Below are positions 1-20,819 of a stretch of 64,000 nt of DNA, in pieces. The DNA is from Zygnema circumcarinatum SAG 698-1b (lineage: Eukaryota > Plantae > Zygnematophyceae). Under the pieces are notes generated by a model, which saw only the letters and a program-made list of their open reading frames with translations, was not told where the DNA came from and searched no databases. The stretch spans positions 767,492 through 831,491 of the forward strand of contig CM074822.1 of NCBI GenBank assembly GCA_037447605.1. Reading direction: 5' to 3'. Both the position numbers and the translations under genes were made by a program. Every line of letters starts with the position of its first letter. Position 1 is the first letter of the stretch.

Positions 1-1411
1 GCCAAAGGGAAGATACCTGCAAGCAAAGCATTGCATCAGATAAGCTCTATTATCAGTACTTGAACTATTCTATACTTTATGTATACATATTCCATGTTCC
101 ATATTCTATACCATAATATTGTAAGTTCAATATATATCCGCAAGTCAAAACACATTCTCATAACGACTGTTATTCCAGATACAGAAAAAGAGACCAATAT
201 TCAGGACAGCGACCGTTCTTTTTCCGGTTCTTTCAAAACCCCCAAACGTTCCGATCATAAAATAAGAGTTTCCGAAACGTCACATAGTTTTAGATACGTA
301 GTTTTTTCCCTTTGTTTGCTCACCCTCCCGGCTGCTTGTATCCTTGCCAACCGGTAGCAAAGCCTGCATATGTGCCTGCTCCGACTACTATGAAGAGAAC
401 CCCCACGTTCAATAAAGTCATGCAGGCCTGGAAAACGGCACTCTGCTCTCCCTCCCTCCCTCCCACCATCCCATACATCAACTATGAACTATCCCTTTTG
501 CAAGCAAGCAAAACGTGGCTTAAAATCTTGAGATTACAGACTGAAGCTCACAAGGACGAAACTTAAAAGTGGTCGGAGGGAGAGAGTGGTGAGAGCGAGA
601 GCGCAAGCGAGCGAGAGCAAAAGGGAGACTGATAGTGAGAGCGAGAGTGAGAGTGAGGGTGAGAATGAGGGTGAGAGTGAGACTAAGAGATCAAGCGAGA
701 GGAGCGAGAGGAGAGCGAGAGCGAGAGGAGAGCGAGAGCGAGCGGGAGAGGGAGGGCGAGACGGAGAGTGAGAAAGAGAGTAAGAGTGAGAGCGAAAGGG
801 AGAGTGAAGCGAGAGCTTGTTGGAGAGTGAGAGTGAGAGAGAGAGAGGATCGTGTTGAAGCTAAGTTTAGACTCACCTCCTTTATGCCAAAGGAGAGAAG
901 TAGAGTCACTACTACCACTGCTATGGCAGCCGTCGGATCAAGCACAATCCCAAGATGGGGAACGGGAATGCGAGCGAGACCGGGTGGGAGATTTATGCCT
1001 CCAAGCAACAGTTTCTGCAAAATTGTGAGAAAAAACGAGCTAGAAAGATGTGAAGAAAAGTGGGTGCAGTGCATTGAAACAATATTGAAAGTAAATCACT
1101 TTTGAAGAGGGATGACAGCGAGTTCTGTTTTGTTCTGTTGAGTTTTGTTTGTTCTGTTTCTGTTTCTGTTTTTGTTTCTGTTCTGTTTCTGTGTAAAGGG
1201 CAAAACATCAGAGTAAGGAGCTTTTGTCAATTTATATTTGAGCTAATGCAGAGAATAAAAGCAGATCGATCGGTCGAAGTGAGAGCAATTTGACTAACCA
1301 AGTTTGGTGAAATTCCGCGAGCAACAGCCGCACCTCCAACGGTGTATTCAAGAAGGAGTGCCCAACCGATCAGCCAAGCTATGCTGCATTACCCAGCCAG
1401 GCTTTGGCCAT

Positions 1412-1456
<45 letters not shown>

Positions 1457-3307
1457 TGAGAGAGAGAGGCACTCACATTGGCAGGAGACGACAGAGAGAG
1501 AGAGAGAGACTTAATCTTCAACCAAACATGACTCCAAAGAAACACATCCACCAATCATCCACTTTCCAGCTAAAAAAGCTACTGAAAAAATAGAGCCAGG
1601 ATTGTACTGTGAACGTGTCCATGTCCATGGAGGTAGAAATGTAGAGGGAGGGGATGAGAAGGAGAGGAGAGGAGAGAAAGAAGGCCCTCTCACTCACACT
1701 TCTCCCACTGTGGTGTAAGCATAGTGATATGCACTTCCTGCAGATGGACATCGACTGGAGAGCTCTGCATAGCAGAGAGCAGCGAGAGCAGCTGCAGAGC
1801 CGGCAATGATGAAAGCAATAGGGAGAGAAGGACCCGTCCTTTCCCTTGCAACTGTTCCAATAAGAACATACACTCCCGCACCAATCGTAGAGCCGACACC
1901 TGCACCCACCAAAAGGTGGTTGTTAAGAACATACATAGACAGGTTAGGCTTGAGGATGAATACGAACATGAAGGGTGGAGGGTTTAATGAAACCCTAAAA
2001 GGACGAGGAAGGCAACGGAAGGGCTCTGAGAGTTTCTAAACTTGCTAATGGTTGCTATTTGCTTCTCCCGCTTTTATGTGGGAAAGACTGGAGAATCCAG
2101 AAAACAGTGGAAAGGAAGTAGGGCATTTAACCCCTCGGTTCAATGTCAGTGGGCAGGCTACTGAGAAGTGGACTAGGAATTATTCCTCTTTGCTATGTGA
2201 TCCATTCAATGATCTGCATACAATATTTATGAGGTGTCCGGAACAACTTTCTTAAGGAGTTCACTTGTGCCTTAAACTCCAGACACTCTCTGAATACTGC
2301 CTGTTTAAGCTCACACGTAGAGATAACATATTGCTCAGACGCATTTCTTTGAGTTACTTGAGAGAGAGAGTGGGAGAGGGAGAGGGACGATGGGAGAGGG
2401 AGAGGGAGAATGGGAGTGGGCAAGGGAGGGAGAGGAAAAAGGATGGGGAGAGGGAGGAAAAGGAAAAAAGAGGGGGAGAGGGAGGGAGAGGAAAAGGGAG
2501 GGGAGAGGAGAGAATGGGACAAAGCGAGATAGAGAGAAAGGGAGGGGGGGGAGAGCGAAAGAGAGAGGGAGAGTGAGGGAGAAGGATTGCGAGGGGGAGG
2601 GGAGGGGAGGGGAGGGGGAGAATGAGGGAAAGGGAGTGATCCAGCTTCGAAGGTGAAGTTGAAGTAAGTTTGAAATCCAGCTGACGAAGATTGGTCATAA
2701 GGGTTTTAGACATGAAGTGTGGTTCTTAAAGACATTCATTAGGTGCTTAAGCTGCTCACGGATTAGTCAAAGTTCATAACCAATTGGTAAAAAAAAAAAA
2801 AACAATGTGCAATCAATTGTTTGCGAACAAATGTTTACCACAGTTGCAGAGAGTGCCCTTGTAAAGTGACTTAAAACTGCAAGTTTGCATTTAGGACTAA
2901 TACTGTAGCCAGTCGCTGCTGTGCTGTTAACTCCAAGGGCCAATTGCAGCCATTTGCCTCCAACTTAAGGATATGTGTATCTGAATTGCTCGCATTCACT
3001 CAGACAGCAAACAGAAAAGGGTCACATGACACAAAAACTGCAACTGAAACTGTAACTGAAACAGACAGCAAACTGCAAACGGATCTGCATGGAACACACC
3101 TAGCGCCAGGAGGTGGCCAACATGCAGACAGCGAGGCAGCATTGTCGTCGTAATGCGCTTGTGCTTCTCCAGCCGCTTAACCCTAAAAGTAGTTCTCCAT
3201 GCGTTCCGTTGCCACACCCGCTCCCGCTCCGCCTCTTCTGCATCATGGGCCGCCATGTCGGCCTCGGCCGCAAATGCAGCATCCCTAGAGGCGCCCTTCC
3301 CGGTCAT
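1..3307 (-). CDS. CAT: Cationic amino acid transporter (APC family, plant CAT2/3/4-like); 3' part lies outside the window
   Basis: Phase-consistent GT-AG exons 3100-3307, 1698-1899, 1299-1383, 877-1014, 324-442 and 1-16 give ...[30 protein letters not shown]...[20 protein letters not shown]...[28 protein letters not shown]...GYLPFG, all hallmark CAT motifs. Confidence 0.93.
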
Positions 3308-5008
3308 GCTTGATCCTCCAGCAGGCGCCAGGTGTCCTTTCTTCAAGGGGTTGCCAGTATGGCTGCCAGCTGCTGCGCGTGTCTCCCTCTCTCTCTCCCC
3401 CTCCCCATGCAGCCTTCGTTTGGTGCTGCCGCCGCAGTGGCAGGCGGGGAAGGGAGGCAGGAAGAAGAGGGGGAGGGAGGGAGAGTGAGAGGGCGACGGA
3501 GGTGGGAGAGGGAGAGGGAGAGGGAGAGGGAGAGGGAGAGGGAGGGAGGGGCGTCCACGTGGCCCATCCTGAGTGGCCCGCCCTGCAGGGCCTGCAGCGC
3601 CGCCAAGCTGGAAAGCGCAGCGGAGAAAGGGCCCGGCCGGCCGGCAAAGATGACGACCGTCAGGTGTCAGTGGACGACCGGCTGTTTCCTGATGCCGTAC
3701 GACGCGTATACTATGGGAATTCCCTGGGGAGCAGCCGGCCGGCAAATGATTGCTGCCGGCCAGTTGTACGGCTGTACGGTCTCCGCCTGAGGGCAACGGC
3801 CCGTTCACATGCAATTTTTAATTTGGGCCGTAGTTGTAATATATATTTCAGCAGAACCCGTTATGCGAAATATTAATCCATGGAAACATGTACGGTCTGG
3901 ACACGTGGCTCCTATCCAATGGCTTCGAAATTTTAATTTTCTGTTTGGCGTGTGAAAATTTAATTTCTCCAATTTTTCTGGCAATGGCGTACGGATGTCG
4001 CCGCGGTCCAGAGGGGCCGTACGGAACTCCTATTTTTTCTGCTCAGATTTTGAAATATCGGACGTATTTTCCTGCCATCTGATTGGCTGTCAAATTCCAT
4101 TTTCGGTCCTTAAATAGCATACGGGGGCAATCTGTAGCGGAATACTTTCGGTACGATACGATAGTATGAGGTGCGATACGATACAATATAACTCGACGCG
4201 CGGTAGGTTCGATACGACATGCTGTGGTGTCGTTACTTCCGAATGGAACAGAACGCCGTAAAACATTGCACGTTAACTTTAGTTCTAAGGATTGCCATTG
4301 TCCATGTGCATTTCATGGCCATGCCATGCCATGCCATGCCACGCCCATGTCATGTCATCGTGAGATGAATGAAATCTTAAACCCAAGCAGTGGACCCTAA
4401 CCCAAAACTCCTCTGCCACCAATGCTGCACTTTACAAAGAACGAGTACCCGTACCCACCAACTCTCCTCCTTGCGACACGCTTGCGCTGCACTCGTTCTC
4501 AACTGCCATGATCCCTATCTCCCCGCTCCGACCCTTGTGGAGTTGTGGCCCTCAGCCAATCAAGGTTGGTTTCATGCTTTCGTCTGTCTAGCCACACTAC
4601 AACATTGGTCCCTTGCCTTCTGCTAGTTTTCCGCAACATAGCAGAACTCCAACATGTGCCATGCTAATCAAATGCGCAAATGGCCACAGGATTACCATAC
4701 TTCCTTTTCCTTCGGTTGCTCATAAAGATAAACGAAATACAAGGACCCAAAAAATATGTCTACAATTCCCGACGACCATGCACCCCCATGCACTTGGAAA
4801 GTACTGAAAAGCTGCGAGCCACTGATCGATCGCCTTTGAAGGCTGAATAGCAAAAATAGACCTCTCGAATTTTGGATTGTTTTTCCCAACTCCGTTGGTA
4901 CAATCCTCCTGGATCCGCCCCTGTCTACCTTTCACGCCATATACAAGAAGGATCCAAGCAAGCAAGGTCGTTGGAATACGAGGCAGAGAGGAGTGAGTCC
5001 CCTTCGCT

Positions 5009-8782
<3,774 letters not shown>

Positions 8783-9011
8783 CGCAGAGATCTCAGAGTG
8801 AGAGAGAGAGAAAGGACAAGAGAGAGGGAGTAGGGGAGCGAGAGAGAGGGAGGGGGAGGGTTCAGAGGGAGAGATGGAGAGAGAGAGAAAAACAGAAAGT
8901 GAGTGAGATGGTGTGGGTGGGAGGGAGGGAGATCTAGCGAGAGTGGGGGAGGGAGACGTGGAGGGCGGTCGGCGGCCGTGCTCGCTGGCAACACGAGAGC
9001 CGCGGCAAGAA

Positions 9012-9079
9012 TGTCGGCCACCGACACAAATGTCGGTGACCGACAAATATGTCGGTGCCTCTCGCCTATTGGACCGACA
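9012..9079. promoter_or_regulatory. Cluster of six TGTCGG/CCGACA hexamers upstream of the CAD-like gene
   Basis: TGTCGG at 9012, 9031, 9050; CCGACA at 9021, 9040, 9074; 19-bp palindromic period. Confidence 0.45.
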
Positions 9080-9945
9080 TGCCCAGCCACACGTGCGATC
9101 AGTCGATTTCCAAGACGGGAGTTTGCAGTTTTGGGATGCGATGCTGTGATTGGCTGCCTGGACCGTAAAAAAATTATAACTTTTTAGACGAATTATATGG
9201 TGACTCGTGGCGATTCCCTCGACGCTTACAGCTGCCAACTGCCAGCCAGGATAAGTTGAGCCACGTCGCCAAACCAAGGCCAAAAATCATAGAAACGAGA
9301 GTTCGGATGTTGTTAGTGTGACCGTTGCGTTAGAATACGGGAAAAGTTATGATCGAACACAGAACTCGAGTTTTAAGCAATCAGGAGCCAACACGTAGTT
9401 TGTCCGACTCGGGCGTGGCAGGGCGGGCCTCTTGTCATTTTGGGCTTGCTTTGGTACCACATTTCCCTTCGACCGGCGTTCCTTTCCGCCATAGGTAATT
9501 ATCCGGAAAATAAGACAAATATGAACAATTATTTGGATTTGTCGCTAGGCTGGCTACGCGATGCCACCTGCCCCACATTCCGACAAGTGTACGTACGGCT
9601 TCTTTGTTTTTCCGTGGGAGTCTCGTACGGAGCCGTCCAGATTTTCTGGCAGCTTCTAGAAGCCGCGGCTGTCCCCTAAACGACAATGTAAATGTTTTAA
9701 CAGTTCGAAAACGACAGTGAGGAGGGTCTCGGGTTGCCAACTTGCCATACCGATCTATGACTAATGGAACGAACCGTTGAGCCTTATCAAAAACGAAACT
9801 GTAACTAAACAATATATGACTATATTCAGGGTAGGCACATGTGGAAACTAGACCCTCTGCTGTTAATACGCTGTTGAACAGGACAGGGTTTGAGCATAGA
9901 ACCTGAGTGTTTCGGCGCCTACGGACTGTACGGAACCGTGTGCTG

Positions 9946-10101
9946 ATTAGGGTTAAGTATTAGGGCTAAGGAGTAAGGATTAAGGATTAGGGTTAGCATT
10001 AGGGTTAAGGATTAGGGCTAAGGAGTAAGGATTAAGGATTAGGGTTAGCATTAGGGTTAAGGATTAGGGCTAAGGAGTAAAGGATTGAGGATTAGGGTTA
10101 G
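9946..10101 (+). repeat. Telomere-like 52-bp tandem repeat x3 (TTAGGG-derived) upstream of prefoldin 5
   Basis: Unit attagggttaaggattagggctaaggagtaaggattaaggattagggttagc starts at 9946, 9998 and 10050. Confidence 0.93.
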
Positions 10102-10282
10102 CCTAGCTTTGCAGGAGTGCTGAACTTAAAGATTTTTTGCTCCCTTTTGCCTTTGACAGAAAGAAAGCATTCATCACCAAGCCTTGCCAGCTATGGATTA
10201 GGGTTTGTTCGGACCCTTTGTCCCGAAAAATTAGGGTTGCTGTGTTTGGAAGGAGAGGGGGAGAAAGCCTATAAGGGCCGCC

Positions 10283-11855
10283 ATGGCGGACGGAGGACAG
10301 GTGAGGATCTCCGTAGAGGACCTTCCAAAGCTTCCTTTGGAGCAGCTGCGGCAGATAAAAGAGCAGCTCACCTCCGAGCTCTCCCTTGTGAACGAGTCCA
10401 TGGCGAACCTTCACTCAGCATCTTCACGCCTTTCTTCTTCCTCCCGCACGCTAGAGCTTCTGGGGAAGCAGCCGGAGGGTAAATTTTTTAGGGCTGGAAT
10501 GGGTGGGGAGTCTTTGGGGTTGGGACCTATATAGGGTCGGAAAGGGGAGGGGGGGGGAGGGGGGGCACTTTGGGGTTGAAAATTTTAGGGTTGGAATGGG
10601 TGGGGGCTGATTGGGGCTAGGTATACGTTTCTTTTAAACCTTTTTGAGAATTTAATTTTATATTATTTAACGTATATCCTAAAATCATCATTAAAAAATG
10701 CTTTATATTCTTGAATGGTTAGGGGAGTCGTTGCGGTTGGGAGTTTTTTAGGGTTGGAATGGGTAGGGGCCTGTGGGGGGGGGTGGGAGCTATTTTCGGT
10801 GCAAATGGGCATGGAGGGAAGGATCACTGGAATGGAAACGATGGGGAGAGTGAGAGAGTAAGGAAGCGAGGAAGGAGTGAGTGGGAGAGGGCTTGAAGAG
10901 AGGGCCTGAAAGCAGAGTGAAATTGGGAGTTAAAGCGTTTGAATCAGATGTTTAACAATCTGGACGCAGAAATGAAGGAATCTTAGAGCTTTCACTCTTG
11001 ACTTCGATGAGTATTTTTGTGATTTGAAAATAACAGCTATACAGGTATCCCGTTTTGCCAATGCCTTTCGCAGGTCATATTGCCATGATTCCATTAACAA
11101 GCTCTCTCTACGTTCCGGGTACACTCGGAAATTCAAGACGAGTTTTGGTCGATGTGGGAACTAATTACTACATTCAGGTGTGTGCCAACTGAAGATTATT
11201 TGTGTGACTCAGATCTTATCTCTCCCTCTCCCCCCCTCCCCCCCTCTCCGCTTACTCACCCCTTTCCACTTAAGTCGGCTCCCTCTCCTTCTCTCCAGTC
11301 ATTTCTCATGCCAACGCTCTCTCTCCCCCCCCCCTCTCTCTCTCTCTCTGTCTCTCTCTCGGCTTTGCAGAAGGAAGTGCCTGATGCAATTGACTATTGC
11401 AAACGAAAGTTGGCCTCTCTTCAAGGTGATCAGGAGAAGGTAGCAGAGGTAAGCTCTATTTAATACGGTCAAACAACTATCGTGCTAACGATTAACCCCC
11501 CTTTTTTCTTTTTTTAGCATACGTTTACAGCAGTTGTAAATTGTCTGTGCGATTCCTTTGTTGTCTCGGCTTCATTTGCCTTCTTAAAGCTGAAGTAATG
11601 CTCTTTCCCTCTAGCATCATACATAGAAAATTTGAAAATTTTAATTTTTTTTAATTTGAAAGCGTTGAACCTAAGGCATTTTGATAAACTAGCTCTCTAG
11701 TGTGATGGGTTTTTTTGAAACTGATTTCACTTGCGGGTTTGTTCTATTGATGGTATCAGTTGGCGGCCCAAAAAAGTGCCCAAATAGAGCAGGTCTCCCT
11801 CGCAATTCAAGGAAAGTTGAGGAGTGTGGGGGGGCCCCCTATTGAAGCATTGTGA
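10283..11855 (+). CDS. PFD5: Prefoldin subunit 5 (alpha-type)
   Basis: Exons 10283-10478, 11073-11178 (IPLTSSLYVPGTL...VLVDVGTNYYIQ, diagnostic), 11371-11448 (DAIDYCKRK) and 11760-11855 ending TGA. Confidence 0.93.
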
Positions 11856-12419
11856 GATGAAGGATGATCTGAAAGCAGAGGATGCTTCAGTTCTCTATGG
11901 TAAAGGATGGGCCGCTTCATTCGCTTTATTTTTTTTAGGTCCGCAGTATTTGGAAACCGCAACTAAATTTTGTAACTCAAGTCACGCTGTGTTAAAAAAA
12001 AAAATAAGTGGAAGGGTCGAAATCGAAATGTGATATGGTTTTGAACATCTTCCTTGTGCAGTTTCAGCAGTTTTTAAGTGTCTCTCTCACCCTTTCACTC
12101 GTCGTCCCCCCCTCTCCCCTTTCTTGTTTGCTCTCTCCTTCTCTCTCTCTCACTCTCTCTCGCTCTCTCTCGCTCGCTTTCTCTCTCTATATATCCTCTA
12201 TCCTCTCCCTCTCTTTACCTCGTTATAACCGTCACCCTTTCCCTCTCTCTCTCTCGCCCTCTATTTCCTCCACCCTCTCCCACTCTCCCCCTGCGCTCCA
12301 CCCCACACTCCTTCCTGTCTCTCCCACACGTTAGCCGATATAGATGGAAAAAACGGGAAGATTGTATTTCTCCTACGCAGTTGTAAAGCGATAGCAAACA
12401 CAATGAAAAGGGGCGGGGG

Positions 12420-13760
12420 TGGGGGATGGAGAGGAGAGGCGCGGGAAGTGAGCGATGGGAGAAGGGAGAGAGGCGAGAGGGGAGAGAGGCGAGAAGGGCG
12501 AGAGGTGAGAGGGGAGAGAGGTGAGGGGAGAGAGGCGAGAGGGGAGAGAGACGAGAAGGGCGAGAGGTGAGAGGGGAGAGAGGTGAGGGGAGAGAGGCGA
12601 GAGGGGAGAGAGACGAGAAGGGAGAGAGGCGAGTGGGGAGGGAGGCGAGAGGGGAGAGGGGAGAGAGTCGAGAAGGGAGAGAGGCGAGAGGGGAGAGAGG
12701 CGAGAGGGGAGGTGAGAGGGGAGAGAGGTGAGAGAGGGGAGAGGGGAGAGAGAGACGAGAAGGGCGAGAGGTGAGAGGGGAGAGAGGTGAGGGGAGAGAG
12801 GCGAGAGGGGAGAGAGACGAGAAGGGCGAGAGGTGAGAGGGGAGAGAGGTGAGGGGAGAGAGGCGAGAGGGGAGAGGAGAGGCGAGAGGTGAGAGGGGAG
12901 AGAGGTGAGGGGAGAGAGGCGAGAGGGGAGAGAGACGAGAAGGGAGAGAGGCGAGTGGGGAGGGAGGCGAGAGGGGAGAGGGGAGAGAGTCGAGAAGGGA
13001 GAGAGGCGAGAGGGGAGAGAGGCGAGAAGGGCGAGAGGTGAGAGGGGAGAGAGGTGAGGGGAGAGAGGCGAGAGGGGAGAGAGACGAGAAGGGCGAGAGG
13101 TGAGAGGGGAGAGAGGTGAGGGGAGAGAGGCGAGAGAGGCGAGAGGGGAGAGAGGAGAGGGGAGAGAGGGAGAGGGGGGAGAGAGGCGAGAGGGGGAGAG
13201 AGGTGAGGGGAGAGAGGGAGAGAGGCGAGAGGGGAGAGAGACGAGAAGGGAGAGAGGCGAGTGGGGAGGGAGGCGAGAGGGGAGAGGGGAGAGAGTCGAG
13301 AAGGGAGAGAGGCGAGAGGGGAGAGAGGCGAGAGGGGAGGTGAGAGGGGAGAGAGGTGAGAGGGGAGAGAGGGGAGAGAGGGGAGAGAGGTGAGAGGGGA
13401 GAGAGGTGAGGGGAGAGAGGCGAGAGGGGAGAGAGACGAGAAGGGAGAGAGGCGAGTGGGGAGGGAGGCGAGAGGGAGAGAGGCGAGAGGGGAGAGAGAG
13501 GCGAGAGGGGGAGGTGAGAGGGGAGAGAGGTGAGAGGGGAGAGAGGTGAGAGAGGGGAGAGAGGTGAGAGGGGAGAGGGGAGAGAGGCAAGAGGGGAGAG
13601 AGGCGAGAGGGGAGAGAGGCGAGAGGTGAGTGGAATGGAGAGAGGAGAGAGCATAGAAGGAGAGAGAGAGGAGGGGAGGGACGAGAGGACAGGAGAGGAG
13701 AGAGAATATGTGAGGAGGCAGGAAGAGGGAGGGAGAGGGATAGAGAGGAGAAAGGGACGG
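12420..13760. repeat. Complex GA-rich polypurine tandem repeat with recurring sub-units
   Basis: Recurrent units gagaggggagagaggc/t, gagacgagaagggc and gagtggggagggagg; source of the 470-500 aa SPL-repeat ORFs. Confidence 0.95.
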
Positions 13761-14422
13761 TGGCATATAGGCAGAGAACAAAATGATTATCGATCATATC
13801 AACAGTACATTTGTCGTATTACCCAATAGATGAAAGAAACCTAATTTACCAAAACCTTTCCATGTTGACAAACTAAAAATCGGAACTGGGAACTATCATC
13901 CTTACAAACGGCAGACACGTGGATTGCCCTGTGGATTGCCACGTGGCTTGACAAGCGTTGCCCCTACATCCCTCTACAGGTTCTAATTCCAAAAATAATA
14001 AAGGACCATTAAAAATAAGAGGCCCAATCCTCTTTTTTCTTCCAGGTACATTTGCAAGATCGCCGACCGCAAATAATTTATCCGAAGAGATTTCGGCTCG
14101 GAGTTGATCAAAAAGGAAAAAAGTGTACAGAAAAAATAAAAACAAAAAAAGATGCTTGCGTGCTCCGACCTGCAAGAACAAAATGCCCCAAATAAAGAAC
14201 CGTTTTAAGTCTCCAAACAACTTGGAACCGTTGGCACATTTCTAAGAAAAAAAAAAAAAAAAAATTAGTTCCAACACCTTAGAATGTTGAATTGTCTTTA
14301 TTTTGACCACTAACAAACTTAAAACCGTTGAGTTTTCAAAGCATATTCATCTATAGCATTAACAAAACAACTTAAACTAAAAAGCGAGATTCTTACATAG
14401 AAACCCCCCTCTCTCTCTCTCC

Positions 14423-14522
<100 letters not shown>

Positions 14523-14557
14523 GCATGAGGTTCTCACTCACCTGTGGGAGGCCGACC

Positions 14558-17851
<3,294 letters not shown>

Positions 17852-18460
17852 GGGGTTGAAGGGGGAGAATGGTGGGGTGATGTTGAGGACGCGTTATGTC
17901 GCCAATGCCTGCATCACAGAAGGCACATGTCAGGTTTCCTCTAACGGACCTGTCTCAAACATGCACATAAAGGGCATTTGTGCCGCCCCTTCCACTCTTA
18001 TTGAAGTTCCTCTCACCCCCTCTCCCCCTCTCTCTCTCTCAGTACCTCTCTCCCTCTCTCTCTCTTGCCTGTTCACAGTGTTTCGCTCCCCTCTCTCCCC
18101 CATTCAACCATCTCTCACTTACCAGTACCCTTCAACGCCCCACATCCTCCTCCACTTTCCTTCCCTCTGTCTCTCTCCTCTCTCTCCTCTCTCTCTCTTT
18201 CACCCGTCTTCACCCATCTCGATTCTGTCACACAATTGCCTCCCGTGCGATGACTCTCTCTTACTTTCACATCTAACCCACTCCCTCTCACTACCTCTCT
18301 TTATCTGACTCTCTTTAGTTTCCCGCTTTTCCCCTCCCACACCCTCCCTTCCTCCCTGCCCTCACTCGACCCACCACCCTCACTTCACTCCTCAATAAAT
18401 GCTTTTTCTACATCCCTCCGCCTCCCTCTCGCCCTCTCCCAATAACCTCCCACACATTCT

Positions 18461-18690
18461 CTCATCCTTCATCTCTCCCACCCTCCCTCCTCTCGACCTC
18501 TCTCTCCCAATGACCTCTCACTCTCCCCCTCATCCTTCATCTCTCCCACCCCTCCCTCCTCTCGACCTCTCTCTCCCAATGACCTCTCTCTCTCCCCCTC
18601 ATCCTTCATCTCTCCCACCCCTCCCTCCTCTCGACCACTCTCTCCCAATGACCTCTTACTCTCCCCCTCATCCTTCATCCCTCCCACCTC
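18461..18690. repeat. ~69-bp pyrimidine-rich tandem repeat, about 3.3 copies
   Basis: ctcatccttcatctctcccacc...tcgacc...cccaatgacc unit starts at 18461, 18529, 18598 and 18667. Confidence 0.88.
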
Positions 18691-20819
18691 TCCCTCTTCG
18701 AACGCCACATCCCCAGATCTTATCTCTTTTTCTCCCCACCGTCACCTTTCTCCCATTCTCTGCTTCCGTCGACCCTTTAACATTCCCTGACTGTCACCGG
18801 CTCCTCTCTTCTTCCTCTCATGCGTGCCTCTCCCTTTCCCCCTCCTCTCCCTATAATTGCCTCCCTCTCCCCCCTTCCCCTCCCTTCGTTCCTCTCTCTC
18901 CCCCTCCTCTCCCTACAAGCGCCTCCCTCTTCCCCCTTCCCCTCCCTGCATGCGCCTCTCTCTATCCTCCTCCTCTCCCTCCAATTTCCTCCCCTTCTCC
19001 CCCTCCTCTCCCTGCACCTGCATCTCTCCCCCCACTCCCTCCCCCCTCTCCTCGCATGTGCCTCTCTCCCCTCCCCCCTCAGCCCCCCATTCCAGCTCAC
19101 CTCAATATTCAGCTGTGCCTCTACCCCAACCGGCACCGCAAACCCCGTCCACATCCATCGACAATCCCTACACAGAGAATCGACTTCCGAGCGAGCGATC
19201 GAGCGAGAGCTAGAGTGAGAGAGTGTGTGTGAGAGAGAGAGTGATTGAGAGAGAGAGAGGGAGAGAGGGAGAGGGGGAGAAGGGGAGAGTGAGAAAGAGT
19301 GAGCGAGAGAGAGGGAGTGAGGGAGAGAGGGCGAGAGGGCGAGAGGGAGAGGGCGAGAGAGAGAGGGAGCCAGGAGAAGTGCGAGGGAGAGAGAGCAGCC
19401 GGGCGAGAGAACGGGTGAATGGCCAGGTGCGCTCCGCCAGGTGGCGAATATGTCCATGTGCCGGTCCCCATGACTCGTGTGAACACATTATGGATCATTG
19501 TTGACGTGGCAGTGTTTGAATCGTCATAAGCACATAGTGGCTGATTATGATTGGTTCATGCTGCTGACTCGGACGGATTTCAACCAATAGGAAGGCGCGG
19601 AAACTGGAATAATTTGGTCGAATTTTCAATGTCGGTGGTTTGGCGGGTGGCGGTGTTTTGGAATTCTGGCAACGGAAGAGACAAGAATCTGTATCTTCAC
19701 TTTGAATTCTGTCGTGTTTGTTCATTGGCAGGTAGCGCCGCATCGAGATCCGCCAACAATATACGACAATTTGGAGAATAACTTGAACTGTACGGTCATC
19801 CGACGTGGCCACAAGGACCAATAACGTGCGCCGGCGGCAGATCTGCTCCGAGTAAATGAGCCAATGGCGGACTTTGAAGGCTCCGTACAACAAGCTACCT
19901 GCCAAATATATTTTGTCGTTGCTGTCTGTTCGTACCAAAGCGTTACAAGGTTGCAGAATCTGATGGTTTTTTTTGACATGAGTTGACCCCAAAACGTGAC
20001 GTGACAAAACGTCGGCGAATCTATCGCTGTGACAGTTGAAAACATTGAAAAATTAGCGTTGGATGTAACGGGACCTACCAACTCACACGTGCGTTCGATG
20101 TTACAAAAGACGGATTTGGAACAGCGCTTGACAGTTCTATGTTGGAAGAAGCATGTGTAGGCACTGGCTACATGGATTTGACAAATCTTGACCGTCGGAA
20201 TTGACGCTACATGCGTACCGTTTCACACTCATCAGCAGTCGCACAAAACGCTGCTCTATGTAGTTGAATTCGTGCACAGTTTTTTTCAATGCTTCACGTG
20301 AAATTGCTATTAATTTACTGTTACGTGTGACGTCAGGTAACGTCGCGTCAAAACAATGACTCGTGCGGGACGTGGAACGTGGACCTATAGTTGACCGAGC
20401 GACCTTTCAGCTTGTCGTATTCGGGCCACGTGGCTGAAAATGTTGCAATGAGAGTGCCTCAGTTGAACCGCCTGGAGATTTTCTGTTGTCGGTCAGGTGG
20501 GGGATGAGACAGGCTGGCAAAGCGACAAGGCGAGGATACGCACCCCTGCTGCCTTCCGCTACAAAACAAACAAACGGCGACACGGAGACTTCAGTTCCGT
20601 GGGTTCGTGTTGAAGCGTTTTCACTTAGTTGCAGTCCCAGTTAAAACGGTGGCCTTCATATGACTCGGTCCGGCGTTCTGTTCGCCGGCTGGCGTACTGG
20701 CAACGAGGTACAAGCCGAGGTACGTGACGTGACATATAAAAAAACCACGAGTTTCCGACATTCAAACCACGAGTATCCGAAATTTGCTGCCATGATTGAA
20801 TTGGTTTCTGTGGCCGATG

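Noticed and set aside
12215-13797. Three 470-500 aa ORFs, and similar ORFs at 7.0-8.4, 18.4-19.5, 21.4-22.2, 23.1-23.9 and 56.4-57.8 kb
   Set aside because: Translations of GA/CT tracts that lack stop codons in several frames; no domain content
19500-20810. Short ORFs in a CpG-rich intergenic stretch
   Set aside because: No recognisable protein motifs or consistent splice chain; possibly regulatory or decayed repeat DNA
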